DNA from: Macrostomum lignano
Lineage: Eukaryota
Length of the DNA stretch: 64,000 bases
Assembly: GCA_002269645.1 (NCBI GenBank)
Contig: NIVC01000169.1
Span: forward strand, 434,001-498,000
Direction: 5' to 3'
A program made the translations under genes and the position numbers. The notes under the pieces were generated by a model. That model was not told the DNA's origin. It worked only from the letters and a program-made list of their open reading frames with translations, and did not search any database. Below are positions 12,306 to 25,357 of this stretch, in pieces. Each line of letters begins with the position of its first letter. Positions within the stretch are counted from its first letter, which is position 1.

Positions 12306-15300
12306 TTAGTCGATGATAATCACCTCCGGCTGCGGCAGGTCGGCGACAGCTCGGCGAACTGCGTCCGCTAGATGGCGACGACGACGCTCGCTAACCAAGT
12401 GCCCCTGCCCCTGCTGCTGCGCTGAACCTGGAGTTGCTGACGAAATCGTCGGGCCAGACAGGATCGGCGGCGGTGGTGGCGGCTGCTGTTGGCGTCGCTG
12501 GCTTGGCATCGGCTGGCCGCGGTTAGAAATCGGCTGGCCCACAGTTGGCGGTTTTAGACCTCGAATTGACATTGCTTGGCTGTTAGATGACATTGCTTGA
12601 CCACTAGCTGACACTGTTGGCCTACGAAGTGACATTGCCTGTCCGAGACGGGGTCGTTTTTGACATGGCTGTTGTGGCGCGCTTCGCAACCGCTGTGCTG
12701 TGCTTGGCAACGGCTTTGTCGCGCTTAGCAATGGCTTTGTTGCACTTGTCAACGGCCGTGCTGAGCTTAAAAACGGCTGTGTAGCGCTTGGCAACGGCTT
12801 TGTCGCCATTAGCAACGGGTTTGTTGCGCTTCGCAACGGTTTTGTTGAGCTTGAAAACGTCCCTTCCGCGCTTGACAACGTCCCTTCTGAGCTTGGCAAC
12901 GGGTTTTTTGCGCTTGGAAACGGTTTTGCTGAGCTTGAAAACGGCTGTGTGGCGCTTGGCAACGGTTTTGTTGAGCTTAAAAACGGCTGTGTGGCGCTTG
13001 GCAACGGTTTTGTTGAGCTTGAAAACGTCCCTTCCGCGCTTGACAACGTCCCTTCTGAGCTTGGCAACGGGTTTGTTGCGCTTGGCAACGGTTTTGTTAA
13101 GCTTGACAACGGTTTTGTTGCGCTTGACGTCCCTTCCGCGGTTAGCAACGGCCGTTCTTCGGTTAGCAACGGCTGCAGATTCCGACGCGAATGCTCCAGA
13201 CCCGGACGCTCAGCCGATCGCTGGTCGATCGGTTGAATTCGCGCCGAATCCGGCCCAACAGTCGACTTCGGCCTGGCGGCGGCGGCGGCGAATCGGCGCA
13301 CAGCGGCAGCCAGCTGACCGGCCGTCTCGTTCAAAGCGTCGTCGCCTTCGGCTAAAGACGACGACGACGACATCGGCCAGGGCTGCTGCTGTTGTTGTTG
13401 AAATGGCGGCGACAAAGTGCCCGTGGTGGCTCCCGACGGGCCAATTTTGGCTACGGAGTCTAGCGGCGCCGTTTCCGTCTCGACTTCCGGCTCGATTTCG
13501 AGATCATCGCCGCCCGGCTCGGCTTTCGGCTCTGACGAGGCTGCGTCGGCGTCGTCGACGTTGGCGCTCTCGACCTCCTCGTCGGCGTTGCTTTTTTCGT
13601 CATCATCGTGCTGCTCGCCCTGACACTGGTCTTGGTCCTGGTCTGCTTCTAAACCAAAATTGTCCCTGTCGTCCTCCATCGCCTCTTCATCCGAAGAGGG
13701 CTCGCTGCCAGAATCCGCCACCAGGCCGCCTGGCCGTTCGGGCATCGAGGCGAAGCTGCGCATCACCTCCGCTAGGCGTGCGGCGCCGGCGGCCTGGCTG
13801 GCGTCCAGCTGGCGCCGCAGGCGGGGACTCGAATCGGCCGGGTCGGCGGCCTGGGACTGCCTGGCGGATTGGGATCAGGAGGGAAGTGCTGCGCTTTTTC
13901 GAATTGAAGCTGCTGATCAGCTGGTAGAACTAGAGACTAGTAATATTAGTGTGAATGACGTAAATGAGTGAGCGCAAATTTATGTGAATGAGGGAGTGGA
14001 CAGGATGATTGAGAGGTAAAAGGAATGGAAAAGGAGTAAATGGAGAGTGAATAAAAAAGTGAATGGAGAGGAGCAAATGGGGAGGAGTGAATGGGGAGGA
14101 GTGAATTGGAGGAGTGAATGGGGAGGAGTGAATTGGAGGAATGAATGGGGAGGAGTGAATTGGGAGGAGTGAATGGGGAGGAGTCAATTGGAGGAGTGAA
14201 TGGGGTGGAGTGAATCGGAGGAGTGAATTGGAGGAGTGAATTGGGAGGAGTGAATGGGGAGGAGTGAATGGGGAGGAGTGAACTGGGAGGAGTGAACTGG
14301 GAGGAGTGAATGGAGAGTGGAGGAGTGAATCGGAGGAGTGAATTGGAGGAGTGAATCGGAGGAGTGAATTGGAGGAGTGAATGGAGAGGAGCAAATGGGG
14401 AGGAGTGAATCGGAGGAGTGAATTGGAGGAGTGAATGACGTGAATGAGGAGCGAATTTATGTGAATGAGGAGTGAAGGATGAATTGAGAGTGGAATGGAG
14501 GAGTGAATGGAGGAGTGAATTGGAGGAGTGAATGGAGAGGAGTGAATGGGGAGGAGTGAATGGGAGGAGTGAATTGGGAGGAGTGAATGGGAGGAGTGAA
14601 TTGGGAGGAGTGAATGGGGAGGAGTGAATTGGAGGAATGAATGGGGAGGAGTGAATTGGGAGGAGTGAATGGGGAGGAGTCAATTGGAGGAGTGAATGGG
14701 GTGGAGTGAATCGGAGGAGTGAATTGGAGGAGTGAATTGGGAGGAGTGAATGGGGAGTGAGGATGAATGAGGGGAATGGAGTGAATGGAGGAGTGAATAG
14801 GAGTGAATGGAGAGGAGCAAATGGGGAGGAGTGAATGGAGGAGTGAATTGGAGGAGTGAATCGGAGGAGTGAATTGGAGGAGTGAATTGGAGAGTGAATG
14901 GGGAGGAGTGAATTGGAGGAGTGAATTGGAGGAGTGAATTGGAAGAGTGAATGGGGAGGAGTGAATTGGAGGAGTGAATTGGGAGGAGTGAATGGGGAGG
15001 AGTGAATTGGGAGGAGTGAATGGGGAGGAGTGAATTGGGAGGAGTGAATGGGGAGGAGTGAATTGGGAGGAGTGAATGGGGAGGAGTGAATTGGAGGAAT
15101 GAATGGGGAGGAGTGAATTGGGAGGAGTGAATGGGGAGGAGTCAATTGGAGGAGTGAATGGGGTGGAGTGAATCGGAGGAGTGAATTGGAGGAGTGAATT
15201 GGGAGGAGTGAATGGGGAGGAGTGAATGGGGAGGAGTGAACTGGGAGGAGTGAACTGGGAGGAGTGAATGGAGAGGAGCAAATGGGGAGGAGTGAATCGG

Positions 15301-18300
15301 AGGAGTGAATTGGAGGAGTGAATCGGAGGAGTGAATTGGAGGAGTGAATGGAGAGGAGCAAATGGGGAGGAGTGAATCGGAGGAGTGAATTGGAGGAGTG
15401 AATGAGGAGTGAATGAGGAGTGAATTTATGTGAATGAGGGAACTGGAGGAGTGATTGGGAGGTGAATGGAGAGGAGCAAATGGGGAGGAGTGAATCGGAG
15501 GAGTGAATTGGAGGAGTGAATGGGGAGGAGTGAATTGGAGGAGTGAATTGGAGGAGTGAATGGGGAGGAGTGAATTGGGAGGAGTGAATGGGGAGGAGTG
15601 AATTGGAGGAATGAATGGGAGGAGTGAATGGGAGGAGTGAATGGGGAGGAGTCAATTGGAGGAGTGAATGGGGTGAATGTGAATTGTGAGGAGTGAATGG
15701 AGGAGTGAATGGGAGGAGTGAATGGGGAGGAGTGAATGGGAGGAGTGAACTGGGAGGAGTGAATGGGAGGAGTGAATTGAGGAGTGAATCGGAGGAGTGA
15801 ATTGGAGGAGTGAATCGGAGGAGTGAATTGGAGGAGTGAATGGAGAGGAGCAAATGGGGAGGAGTGAATTGGAGGAGTGAATCGGAAGAGTGAATCGGAG
15901 GAGTGAATTGGAGGAGTGAATTGGAAGAGTGAATGGGGAGGAGTGAATTGGAGGAGTGAATTGGAGGAGTGAATGGGGAGGAGTGAATTGGGAGGAGTGA
16001 ATGGGGAGGAGTGAATTGGGAGGAGTGAATGGGGAGGAGTGAATTGGGAGGAGTGAATTGGAGGAATGAATGGGGAGGAGTGAATTGGGAGGAGTGAATG
16101 GGGAGGAGTCAATTGGAGGAGTGAATGGGGTGGAGTGAATCGGAGGAGTGAATTGGAGGAGTGAATTGGGAGGAGTGAATGGGGAGGAGTGAATGGGGGG
16201 AGTGAACTGGGAGGAGTGAACTGGGAGGAGTGAATGGAGAGGAGCAAATGGGGAGGAGTGAATCGGAGGAGTGAATTGGAGGAGTGAATCGGAGGAGTGA
16301 ATTGGAGGAGTGAATGGAGAGGAGCAAATGGGGAGGAGTGAATCGGAGGAGTGAATTGGAGGAGTGAATGGGGAGGAGTGAATGGGGAGGAGTGAATTGG
16401 AGGAGTGAATTGGAGTAGTGAATGGGGAGGAGTGAATTGGGAGGAGTGAATGGGGAGAAGTGAATGGGGAGGAGTGAATGGGGAGGAGTGAATTGGGAAA
16501 CGTGTTGATTAGGGAAATCAGTGAATAGAAAAAAGATGATCAGAATTAATACCGTGCTCCATCACAACAGTCCATCGCTACTCCACAAAATGGCGCTCAC
16601 CCGTCCATCTCGTCCAGTCCCAGATTCTGTCTCAGCTGGCGCCATCGCCGCTGCTGCAGCTGTTCGCCAACATCTCGAAATATCTGCTCGGATCTCTGCG
16701 CCACCAGAGGCTTCGACCAGCCCAGCCTGAACCGTTGGTTAACCCAGGCAACAACTTTAGACACTTTGTGCATGTCGGGGAATCGGCCACGTCGATTGAC
16801 GTAGCGACAGATTAGCAGGCCAATCTGCGGGTGATGATGGCATCTGTAGTTGAACTGGTCAACGCTGGGAGCGTTGCGCACCGGCACAGTCGCCTGTACA
16901 CATCGCAGGCCTGTCGTTGAAGTCGTTCGGCGCGTAAATAGGCGCTGTCAGAGTTATCCAGATCGTCCAGGCTGAGCTCCTGTCGCTCTAGCCGGCGAAT
17001 CTTGGCCAGCAGACGGGCCAGGCAGTCTTGCAGGGTGCGCGCCATCGACCTGGCCGGCTCAGCCAGATTGTCGTCGCCGTTGTTGGCGCCAACGTTGTTA
17101 AAGTCGCTGGCCGACACCGCTGGAGCGGCTGCTGAGGAAGTCGCTGCTGACGTCGACGTTGGCACCAGCGATGATAACCGCGATGGCACAACCCGACGAG
17201 GCTGTCGTTGCGGCGAAGGTGTCTTGGCCGGTGGCGGTGAATGGTCAGACTCACTATCGTCAGCTGCAGCTTCCAGCTCACCGCCTGAATTCAAGAAAGC
17301 AAATCAGTTTGATCTTTATATCACAGAAACAAGAGTCACTAAATGTGTCACTCACAATCAGTTGTGAAAAAGTAGAGCGTCTACTCTTTTTCAGTAGTTT
17401 GTCTGCGCAGTGTCACTTAAATTTACTATGGCAGCAAACATTTCTTTTCCTTCCTCGGGGTCGGGGTTTGCGGCCTCAGGAACATACTCGTACGGGGTTA
17501 AGAATGAACAACAAGAATTTAACGCGATGTATACAAGTGAATGTAAGACAGCCTGGGGTGGGGGGAAACACACTCAGTCTTAGGAGAGAGGTCAAAGTCA
17601 GACGGACGAAACACAGCCTAGGGGGCAGGCCCAAGCTAGCTCAGCCAATTAAAGAGCAGTAAGGAGAGAGGTCAAAGTCATACGGACGAAACTCAGCCTG
17701 GCCCTAAGCTGGCTCAGCCAATGAGAGAGCAGTAAGGAGAGAGGTCAAAGTCATACGGACGAAACTCAGCCTGGCCCCAAGCTGGCTCAGCCAATGAGAG
17801 AGCAGTAAGGAGAGAGGTCAAAGTCATACAGACGAAAACGGGCAAGAGGAAAGCCCAACTGTTTCCCGTTTTCTCTTTTGCTTGCTATGCACACGATGAT
17901 GAAGATGCTAACTTAATGGATCTGCTTGTAGAAAGCCAGAGGCGATTGTTACAACTTTAAAGACTTAAATACTTTTTAAACCTTTTAAGCCTTGGGGTTC
18001 GCCCCGATCATGTGTCACGAGATCGCACGACAAGCCCCAGGCAAATTCAAACCTAGGACCTAAAAAATCGTGCCTTGCTTAGATGCATTTCAAAGCTACC
18101 AGCAGTGACAGGGGCCAGAACAGCTCAGCGGTAAACGCGTCTGGCTCGCGCACCACAGACCCCCGATGCGATTCAGTGCACAAACACATTCATCTGCGGC
18201 TTGTGTACGAAAATTGGCCAGGCGGTTGTTGTGCGATTCATAACCCATGAGGGCCAAACCCAAGGGATTAGAAAGTCAGAACCGCTGTACACCCTGTGTG

Positions 18301-18784
18301 AGCGTGTCTGCGTACAGTATTGGCGCGCTTGTGTGTTTAGGAGTCAGCGGAATGGGCGTAACTGCTTAAGTGCGCTGGTTGTAGGACGATGTCGTCAGTG
18401 ATGCGTAACTGCATTAAACAACATATTATAAAGATTACACAGGTCTGTCGCACTGCTGCTAACGGCCTCCGCTGCCGCCAACTCTTCCAGCTTGGCATCT
18501 AAAATCGCGACCAGCCGATACAGATTGCCGCTCTGCCGGTTGGCATCAACAATCAGCTGATCGACCAGCTCTCTGGCCGATTCTGGGCAGAAAGCGGAGC
18601 CGCGCGACTTGGCCGAGGCGGCCGCGGCTGCCTGGTCGTAGTGCCGACGCAGCCGACGTAGCAGCAGGGCGTCGCCAGTCTCGCGCATCAGCGGATCCAG
18701 ATAGTTCGCCAATTGTCGCCAAACTTCGTCGAAAGCGCCGCGCATTTGCTGCTGCGCTCGTTTCAATCTGCGCTGCTGACGATC
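12306..18784 (-). CDS. DAXX: Death domain-associated protein 6 (DAXX)-like H3.3 chaperone, 3 exons
   Basis: Exons 18784..~18439 (alternative donor 18454), 17284..16601 and 13860..12306; phases 1 and 2 are consistent if 1 nt is restored near 16880. Histone-binding-domain motifs IRRLERQELSLDDLDNSDSAYL, FPDM..V, FRDVGEQLQQRR and DPADSSPRLRRQL; acidic tract; C-terminal SIM-like PEVIIID. Confidence 0.82.
12700..13160 (-). repeat. Coding 21-bp (7-aa) minisatellite in DAXX last exon
   Basis: ATKPLPS/ATNPLPS/AEGTFSS heptapeptide repeats; open in several frames. Confidence 0.85.
13965..16497. repeat. ~12-13-bp satellite (GGAGGAGTGAAT[T/G]G) filling DAXX intron 2
   Basis: About 2.5 kb of the 2740-nt intron 13861..16600. 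Confidence 0.96.
17582..17833. repeat. 73-bp tandem repeat (~3.3 units) in DAXX intron 1
   Basis: AGGAGAGAGGTCAAAGTCA recurs at 17582, 17662, 17735 and 17808. Confidence 0.9.
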
Positions 18785-18904
18785 CTGAAGGTTGGCACGT
18801 ACTTTTATTACACTTGACTATGAGCATGTACTTTTATCACTTGACTATGAGCTTTATGGGGTGGAAGGCAACAGTGGGTACCCACTGTTTGCTATATGAG
18901 CATA

Positions 18905-19250
18905 GAGTGGGTCATACAGGACTTGATTCAGTGGGTCATATAGGACTCGATTCAGTGGGTCATACAGGTCTCGATTCAGTGGGTCATATAGGACTCGATT
19001 CAGTGGGTTATACAGGTCTCGATTCAGTGGGTCATACAGGTCTCGACTCAGTGGGTTATACAGGTCTCGATTCAGTGGGTCATACAGGTCTCGATTCAGT
19101 GGGTTATACAGGTCTCGATTCAGTGGGTTATACAGGTCTCGATTCAGTGGGTTATACAGGTCTCGATTCAGTGGGTTATACAGGTCTCGATTCAGTGGGT
19201 CATACAGGTCTCGATTCAGTGGGTTATACAGGACTCGATTCAGTGGTTCA
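18905..19250. repeat. 24-bp minisatellite between IMP3 and DAXX
   Basis: CAGTGGGTTATACAGGTCTCGATT, about 14 units. Confidence 0.95.
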
Positions 19251-19643
19251 TTGATCTAGTGGGTATTGAGCCACTTTATACCCTGAATAGTAACTTTGTT
19301 TATGAAAGCTTTAATGAAATAGCCAAATCAAAAAATCCAATAGAGTATCAATAATCAATTATGGCAGATGCACAATGTTTGCCGCTGTGCCATAAAAATG
19401 TACATTACATAATTTATTACATCCAGAAAGCTTGAAAACAGCAGCATTAGTAAACAGGTACAAAAATGCCAAAGTTCAATTATATTTAGGTGAAGTTTAC
19501 AATTACGAGCATATAGTACTGACACGATTCTGATTTTAAACGTGATAAAAGTCTTTCACTGATAATTGCCAGTAGCCTAATTAGCATCAGGTATGCCTCC
19601 ACTGATAATCGGTAATTATATACCGTAAATTGTGAAACACAGC

Positions 19644-20192
19644 CTAATTCCTAAAGTCGTAATCGTCCATAGCCTCATTGTACTCGAGCACGCGCCGCCG
19701 AATCGCTGACTGATTAGTCCAGGTAACATAGTCCTCCATCGAGCGTGACACCAGAAATCCCGGATCGGTGACCACCTGCGGACCAACCCGAACGTGACCG
19801 GCCTCAACAAAAGTGACGGCAGCTTTCACAGTCTCGGCCATGTGACACCGGACCATCACGGCTGATAGGCGGCGCCGGCAGAACGTGGTGGTGGTGACTT
19901 TGTCGGCCAGAAGCAGGTTCCGCCTAGTTGGCACAATGCCAAGCGCGTGCAACCGGCCCAGCAACAGTCGGGTGGCTTCCTCTCGAAACGCATCAGATTC
20001 TGGTAAGTCACGAATTTTCCTAGCAATATCGCGAACCTCGCGCGACAATTTGTTATACAGAGTGAGCTCTTCGCGCGATTTTAAACGATATTTTCGCATC
20101 ATTTTCACTTCGCGCAAATTGTGATCGGACGACCAATTAACTAGGTCGACTTTTTTTAATAGTTTCTTCTCGTGAAAGCGTAGCTTGCGCAT
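19644..20192 (-). CDS. IMP3: U3 snoRNP protein IMP3 (S4-domain), intronless
   Basis: MRKLRFHEKKLLKKVD start, FCRRRL, A.TFVE.GHVRVGP, EDYVTW and DDYD end are typical of Imp3; 182 aa. Acceptor-like ttccag 7 nt upstream of the ATG. Confidence 0.96.
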   Translation of the reverse strand: MRKLRFHEKKLLKKVDLVNWSSDHNLREVKMMRKYRLKSREELTLYNKLSREVRDIARKIRDLPESDAFREEATRLLLGRLHALGIVPTRRNLLLADKVTTTTFCRRRLSAVMVRCHMAETVKAAVTFVEAGHVRVGPQVVTDPGFLVSRSMEDYVTWTNQSAIRRRVLEYNEAMDDYDFRN

Positions 20193-20680
20193 GGTTGGGC
20201 TGGAAGTTGCAAATAATACTACTCAAATAATACTGTGAGTAGTGCGGATGAAGCCTTGGCTTATTTATAAATACAAAAAATATTCAAATAAACAGAAAGA
20301 AGTCAATACTTAAGAAACAAACAAACATTTTATCGTGTATTTCGACCAAAATTAGTTAATGAACTTTATTGCAAGACAAAAAAGGCATAAATGAGGAAAT
20401 AAAAATATATAAAGTCCAATTACTTTTGAAAATTAAAACTCAAAACCAACTAACTGGTTTTTTTTACATTCGAATAATAGGTAAATGTTTTGTTAAGTTA
20501 CAGTTCTGAATACACACGTTTTCAAGTACTACTTACAGTAGGATAAGGACTTAGTTGACGTATTTAAATAAGTAAAATGGGTCATATTTATGCTACTAAA
20601 ATGCAAAACTTCTAACCGATATACTGAGCATAATTTGCTTATACAATTTGTTCGAACATCAGAAACAATATTTGCAACTA

Positions 20681-21737
20681 CCATAGACAAACTATCGAAT
20701 GAGAAGCCTACAATATCATCGATATCTGTACCATAGACAAACTATCGAATGAGAAGCCTACAATATCATCGATATCTGTACCATAGACAAACTATCGAAT
20801 GAGAAGCCTACAATATCATCGACATTTGTACCATAGACAAACTATCGAATGAGAAGCCTACAATATCATCGATATTTGTACCATAGACAAACTATCGAAT
20901 GAGAAGCCTACAATATCATCGATATCTGTACCATAGACAAACTATCGAATGAGAAGCCTACAATATCATCGACATTTGTACCATAGGCAAACTATCGAAT
21001 GAGAAGCCTACAATATCATCGATATCTGTACCATAGACAAACTATCGAATGAGAAGCCTACAATATCATCGACATTTGTACCATAGACAAACTATCGAAT
21101 GAGAAGCCTACAATATCATCGACATTTGTACCATAGGCAAACTATCGAATGAGAAGCCTACAATATCATCGATATCTGTACCATAGACAAACTATCGAAT
21201 GAGAAGCCTACAATATCATCGACATTTGTACCATAGACAAACTATCGAATGAGAAGCCTACAATATCATCGATATCTGTACCATAGACAAACTATCGAAT
21301 GAGAAGCCTACAATATCATCGATATCTGTACCATAGACAAACTATCGAATGAGAAGCCTACAATATCATCGATATTTGTACCATAGACAAACTATTGAAT
21401 GAGAAGCCTACAATATCGATTTTGTACCATAGACAAACTATTGAATGAGAAGCCTACAATATCGATTTTGTACCATAGACAAACTATTGAATGAGAAGCC
21501 TACAATATCGATTTTGTACCATAGACAAACTATTGAATGAGAAGCCTACAATATCATCGACATTTGTACCATAGACAAACTAACGAATGAGAAGCCTACA
21601 ATATCATCGATATTTGTACCATAGACAAACTACCGAATGAGAAGCCTACAATATCATCGATTTTGTACCATAGACAAACTACCGAATGAGAAGCCTACAA
21701 TATCATCGACATTTGTACCATAGACAAACTATCGATT
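20681..21737. repeat. 50-bp minisatellite between TRIM and IMP3
   Basis: CCATAGACAAACTATCGAATGAGAAGCCTACAATATCATCGATATCTGTA, about 21 units. Confidence 0.97.
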
Positions 21738-21861
21738 GTGAAGCCTTATTTTTAATGTGTTAATTCATTCCAACGATGAAATCGATTGCTAAAGTATGAA
21801 TAAAGTCTTGTTAGAATTAGCGCAAGTACACACACATGGATCAAAAACCGGAGTTACAAAT

Positions 21862-24800
21862 CTAGGCGGTGGCCACCCCGAGCTGTTTGAGCTGGGCGCA
21901 CAGCTGAGCGGACCGGGTCGGATCGTGCAGCTTAGCCAGCGCTAATCGAATCTCCTCGGACAGGCCGGCCAGTCCGATTGGCCGGGCGGCCTTGGCAATG
22001 CGCTGGGCGAGCTTTGTGAGGCGCGGATGCGGCCTAGCTAATAACAACCAGGCCAAGACTCGGCGCACCTTGCCGGACTCAACATCAGGTGACTCATTGT
22101 TAATGTCGCATAGAACGCAAAGTCCGCTGGAGTCTGCGCAGCTGTCGTTAAACAATGGCTGACAGGCCGCGTGCAGCGGCAGCTGGCAGGCTGAGCAAAC
22201 AAAAAGTTTGCGGCCGCTTGCGTCATCGCCCGAGGAGCCGCAGATGTCGCAGGGCTGCTGCGTGACGGGGACTGACTGAGGCACCGCGGCAGCGGCGGCG
22301 GAGTCAGTGGGGTCAGCAGATTCCGGTTGATTGGCGTTCGTGTCTGTTAAATGAGGCAAGATTGCAACCATCTAAATCTAAAAAAATATTCTAGTATCAA
22401 GATGACCCATATCTGACAAGATTCTAGCATCAAAATGACCCATATCTGACAAGATTCTATAGTATCAAAATGACACATATCTGACAAAATTCTAGCATCA
22501 AGATGACCCATATCTGACAAGATTCTAGCATCAAAATGACCCATATCTGACAAGATTCTATAGTATCAAAATGACTCATATCTGACAAGATTCTATAGTA
22601 TCAAAATGACCCATATCTGACAAGATTCTAGTATCAAAATGACCCATATCTGACAAAATTCTAGCATCAAGATGACCCATATCTGACAAGATTCCAAACA
22701 AAGTTTTGACTTAGAATATACTTTAAGATAGTAACCAACATTAATAATATTAAATAGACTGTAAAAGCAATCGATCCGACAATACAACTCACCATCATCA
22801 TCCAGATCATAAGTTGTGATAGTCGACCATTTTTTCAACTCAATCCGGCAGGCAGTCTCGTCAAATTTCAGTCTGGCACCGTCCAGAGTTGAACTGACAT
22901 CTACTACGCAATCTTCTGCATTATCATCGCTTCCGGCGGTCTCGATGGAACCTCCGGTGCCGGCGCCGCCACCCAAGCCGGTGTCGTCCAGCTCCGTCAG
23001 GCAGTAGCGCAGCGCCAAGGTGACCGCCTCGGCCGAAGCAGGCGGCGGCAATGCACCGCCGCTGCCGCTGTCACCGACAGAGGAGCCGACTGGGCGCGAA
23101 AGCGACTCGCGAGCCTCTGCTAGTACAGCTTCGAATAGGTCGGCAAGGCGACCGCAGCGTAGCGCCTGATCGCATTGGGTTTCGTCCGATTGACTCAGCT
23201 TGAGTTTCTCGTCTGTGAACTGCGGTACGCAATAGTAGGGAGAAATGAGGTGGAGTGAAAAATTGCATGCATTTGTACATTGGATGGACAAGGTTTGTTA
23301 GGCAGAACTGTGGGGGGGGGGGTTGGTCAGGCAGAACTGTGGGGGGGGTTGGTCAGGCAGAACTGTGGAGGTTGGTCAGACAGAACTGTGAGGAGGGGGT
23401 TGGCCAGACAGAACTGTGGGGGTTGGCCAGACAGAACTGTGAGGAGGGGGTTGGCCAGACAGAACTGTGAGGAGGGGGTTGGCCAGACAGAACTGTGAGG
23501 AGGGGGTTGGCCAGACAGAACTGTGGGGAGGTTGGTCAGGCAGAACTGTGAGGAGGGGGTTGGCCAGACAGAACTGTGGGGGTTGGCCAGACAGAACTGT
23601 GAGGAGGGGGTTGGCCAGACAGAACTGTGAGGAGGGGGTTGGCCAGACAGAACTGTGGGGAGGGGGTTGGTCAGGCAGAACTGTGGGGAGGGGGTTGGTC
23701 AGGCAGAACTGTGGGAGGGGGTTGGTCAGGCAGAACTGTGGGGGGGGGTTGGTCAGGCAGAACTGTGGAGGTTGGTCAGACAGAACTGTGAGGAGGGGGT
23801 TGGCCAGACAGAACTGTGGGGGTTGGCCAGACAGAACTGTGAGGAGGGGGTTGGCCAGACAGAACTGTGAGGAGGGGGTTGGCCAGACAGAACTGTGAGG
23901 GGGTTGGCCAGACAGAACTGTGGGGAGGTTGGTCAGGCAGAACTGTGAGGAGGGGGTTGGCCAGACAGAACTGTGAGGAGGGGGTTGGCCAGACAGAACT
24001 GTGGGGAGGGGGTTGGCCAGACAGAACTGTGAGGAGGGGGTTGGCCAGACAGAACTGTGGGGAGGTTGGTCAGGCAGAACTGTGGGGGGGGGGTTGGTCA
24101 GGCAGAACTGTGGAGGTTGGTCAGACAGAACTGTGAGGAGGGGGTTGGCCAGACAGAACTGTGGGGAGGTTGGTCAGGCAGAACTGTGGGGGTTGGTCAG
24201 GCAGAACTGTGAGGAGGGGGTTGGCCAGACAGAACTGTGGGGGTTGGCCAGACAGAACTGTGAGGAGGGGGTTGGCCAGACAGAACTGTGAGGAGAGGGT
24301 TGGCCAGACAGAACTGTGGGGAGGGGGTTGGTCAGGCAGAACTGTGGGGAGGGGGTTGGTCAGGCAGAACTGTGGGAGGGGGTTGGTCAGGCAGAACTGT
24401 GGGGAGGGGGTTGGCCAGACAGAACTGTGAGGAGGGGGTTGGCCAGACAGAACTGTGGGGGTTGGTCGGGCAGAAATGTTGGTCTTCAAGCGCCCTTGTG
24501 TAACTCACGGCCTTATACAGCTCCATCCTCAGCTGGTCGCTTGCCTTCAAAAAGTAATCGGAGGAAATAACCGTCTTCATATCCTGCCACTGATCCACCG
24601 CCTGTTTAAAATTGGCATCCAAGCCTCCAATAGCTGATTGCGCCTGACTACAGCCGGTTTTCAGTTCGCGAACCTGATTGGCAGTGAGATCTCCAACTGC
24701 TCTGAGCCTAGCCAGCAGCCTGGCCCAAGCGGCCGGCTCGGTCACCGGTACAATCCTGTCAGCGTGCGATCGGTCGTGCTCATAGTTGGCGCAATCCTCG

Positions 24801-25357
24801 CACAGCAGAGAATCGCAGCGCAGACAGAGCCGCTGGATTGGCCAACGCTGAGTAGCCGAATGCTGGCAGGCCGGGCCGTCCCAATCGGCTAGCGGAGGCC
24901 GATTCACTGGCAGGGTGATGTGACTATTAGCTGACAAATCCGGCATGCACAGATGCCCAGTCTGATATACGTAGCAGTTATATCTGTCGCAGCCGAGGCA
25001 GAACTCTACAGCAGGCTCAGCCTCCGCGTGCGTGTTAACCTGTATGCAGACCTCCTGGTTGCAAAACCGCTGCGCAGGCGGGCCAGCCAAAAGCAACAGG
25101 AAATTCTCACAGGCTTGACCGGCGCTAACAGGCCTCTGACAGCTGGGACACTCGATAGGCTGGTCAAGCATCAGCTGTTTGGTTAATTGTATCTTATCTA
25201 ATTCGTCAGATAAGACAAGCTGATCGAGCTGCCGATTCTTATAGTGCTGCCTGGCCACGCAGCACTGGCAGACAGAGTGCAGACAGTCAATTATCAGCCA
25301 ATCAGCGTGCGATCTGTTGCAGCCAACGCAATTAATAAAATTGGCTAATTCTTCCAT
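21862..25357 (-). CDS. TRIM protein with RING, two B-boxes, coiled coil and C-terminal PHD finger (TIF1/bonus-like), 3 exons, ~585 aa
   Basis: Exons 25357..24509, 23219..22793 and 22343..21862 join in phase (0, 1) with GTGAGT donors. RING CVGC..CLHSVCQCC..CPSC; B-boxes; PHD CDIC..CSAC..H..C..CVLC. Confidence 0.78.
22395..22695. repeat. 33-35-bp minisatellite in TRIM intron 2
   Basis: ATCAAAATGACCCATATCTGACAAGATTCTAG(C), about 9 units. Confidence 0.93.
23290..24477. repeat. ~24-29-bp minisatellite (CAGACAGAACTGTGAGGAGGGGGTTGGC) filling TRIM intron 1
   Basis: Occupies almost all of intron 23220..24508. Confidence 0.96.

Noticed and set aside
1466-16327. Long repetitive ORFs (WIIPLFI, NRGIIQM, VGSVRCG, FTPPHS and others) as proteins
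   Set aside because: Translations of stop-poor repeat units, open in several frames or on both strands, and lying in introns or gaps.
17391-17573. Extra DAXX exon
   Set aside because: No homology recognised, and its phases do not fit the flanking exons.
17582-17833. GTC-loop-GGACGAAAC resembling the 3' half of a hammerhead
   Set aside because: The required CTGANGA is absent upstream (GGTCAAA instead).
18740-18790. DAXX as a second strictly SL-AUG-dependent gene
   Set aside because: The exon starts at a phase-0 acceptor, but an in-frame ATG occurs about 12 codons in, so an SL AUG is not required.
20681-21737. Regular arrays as CRISPR loci
   Set aside because: Units abut without unique spacers, there are no cas genes, and the context is eukaryotic.
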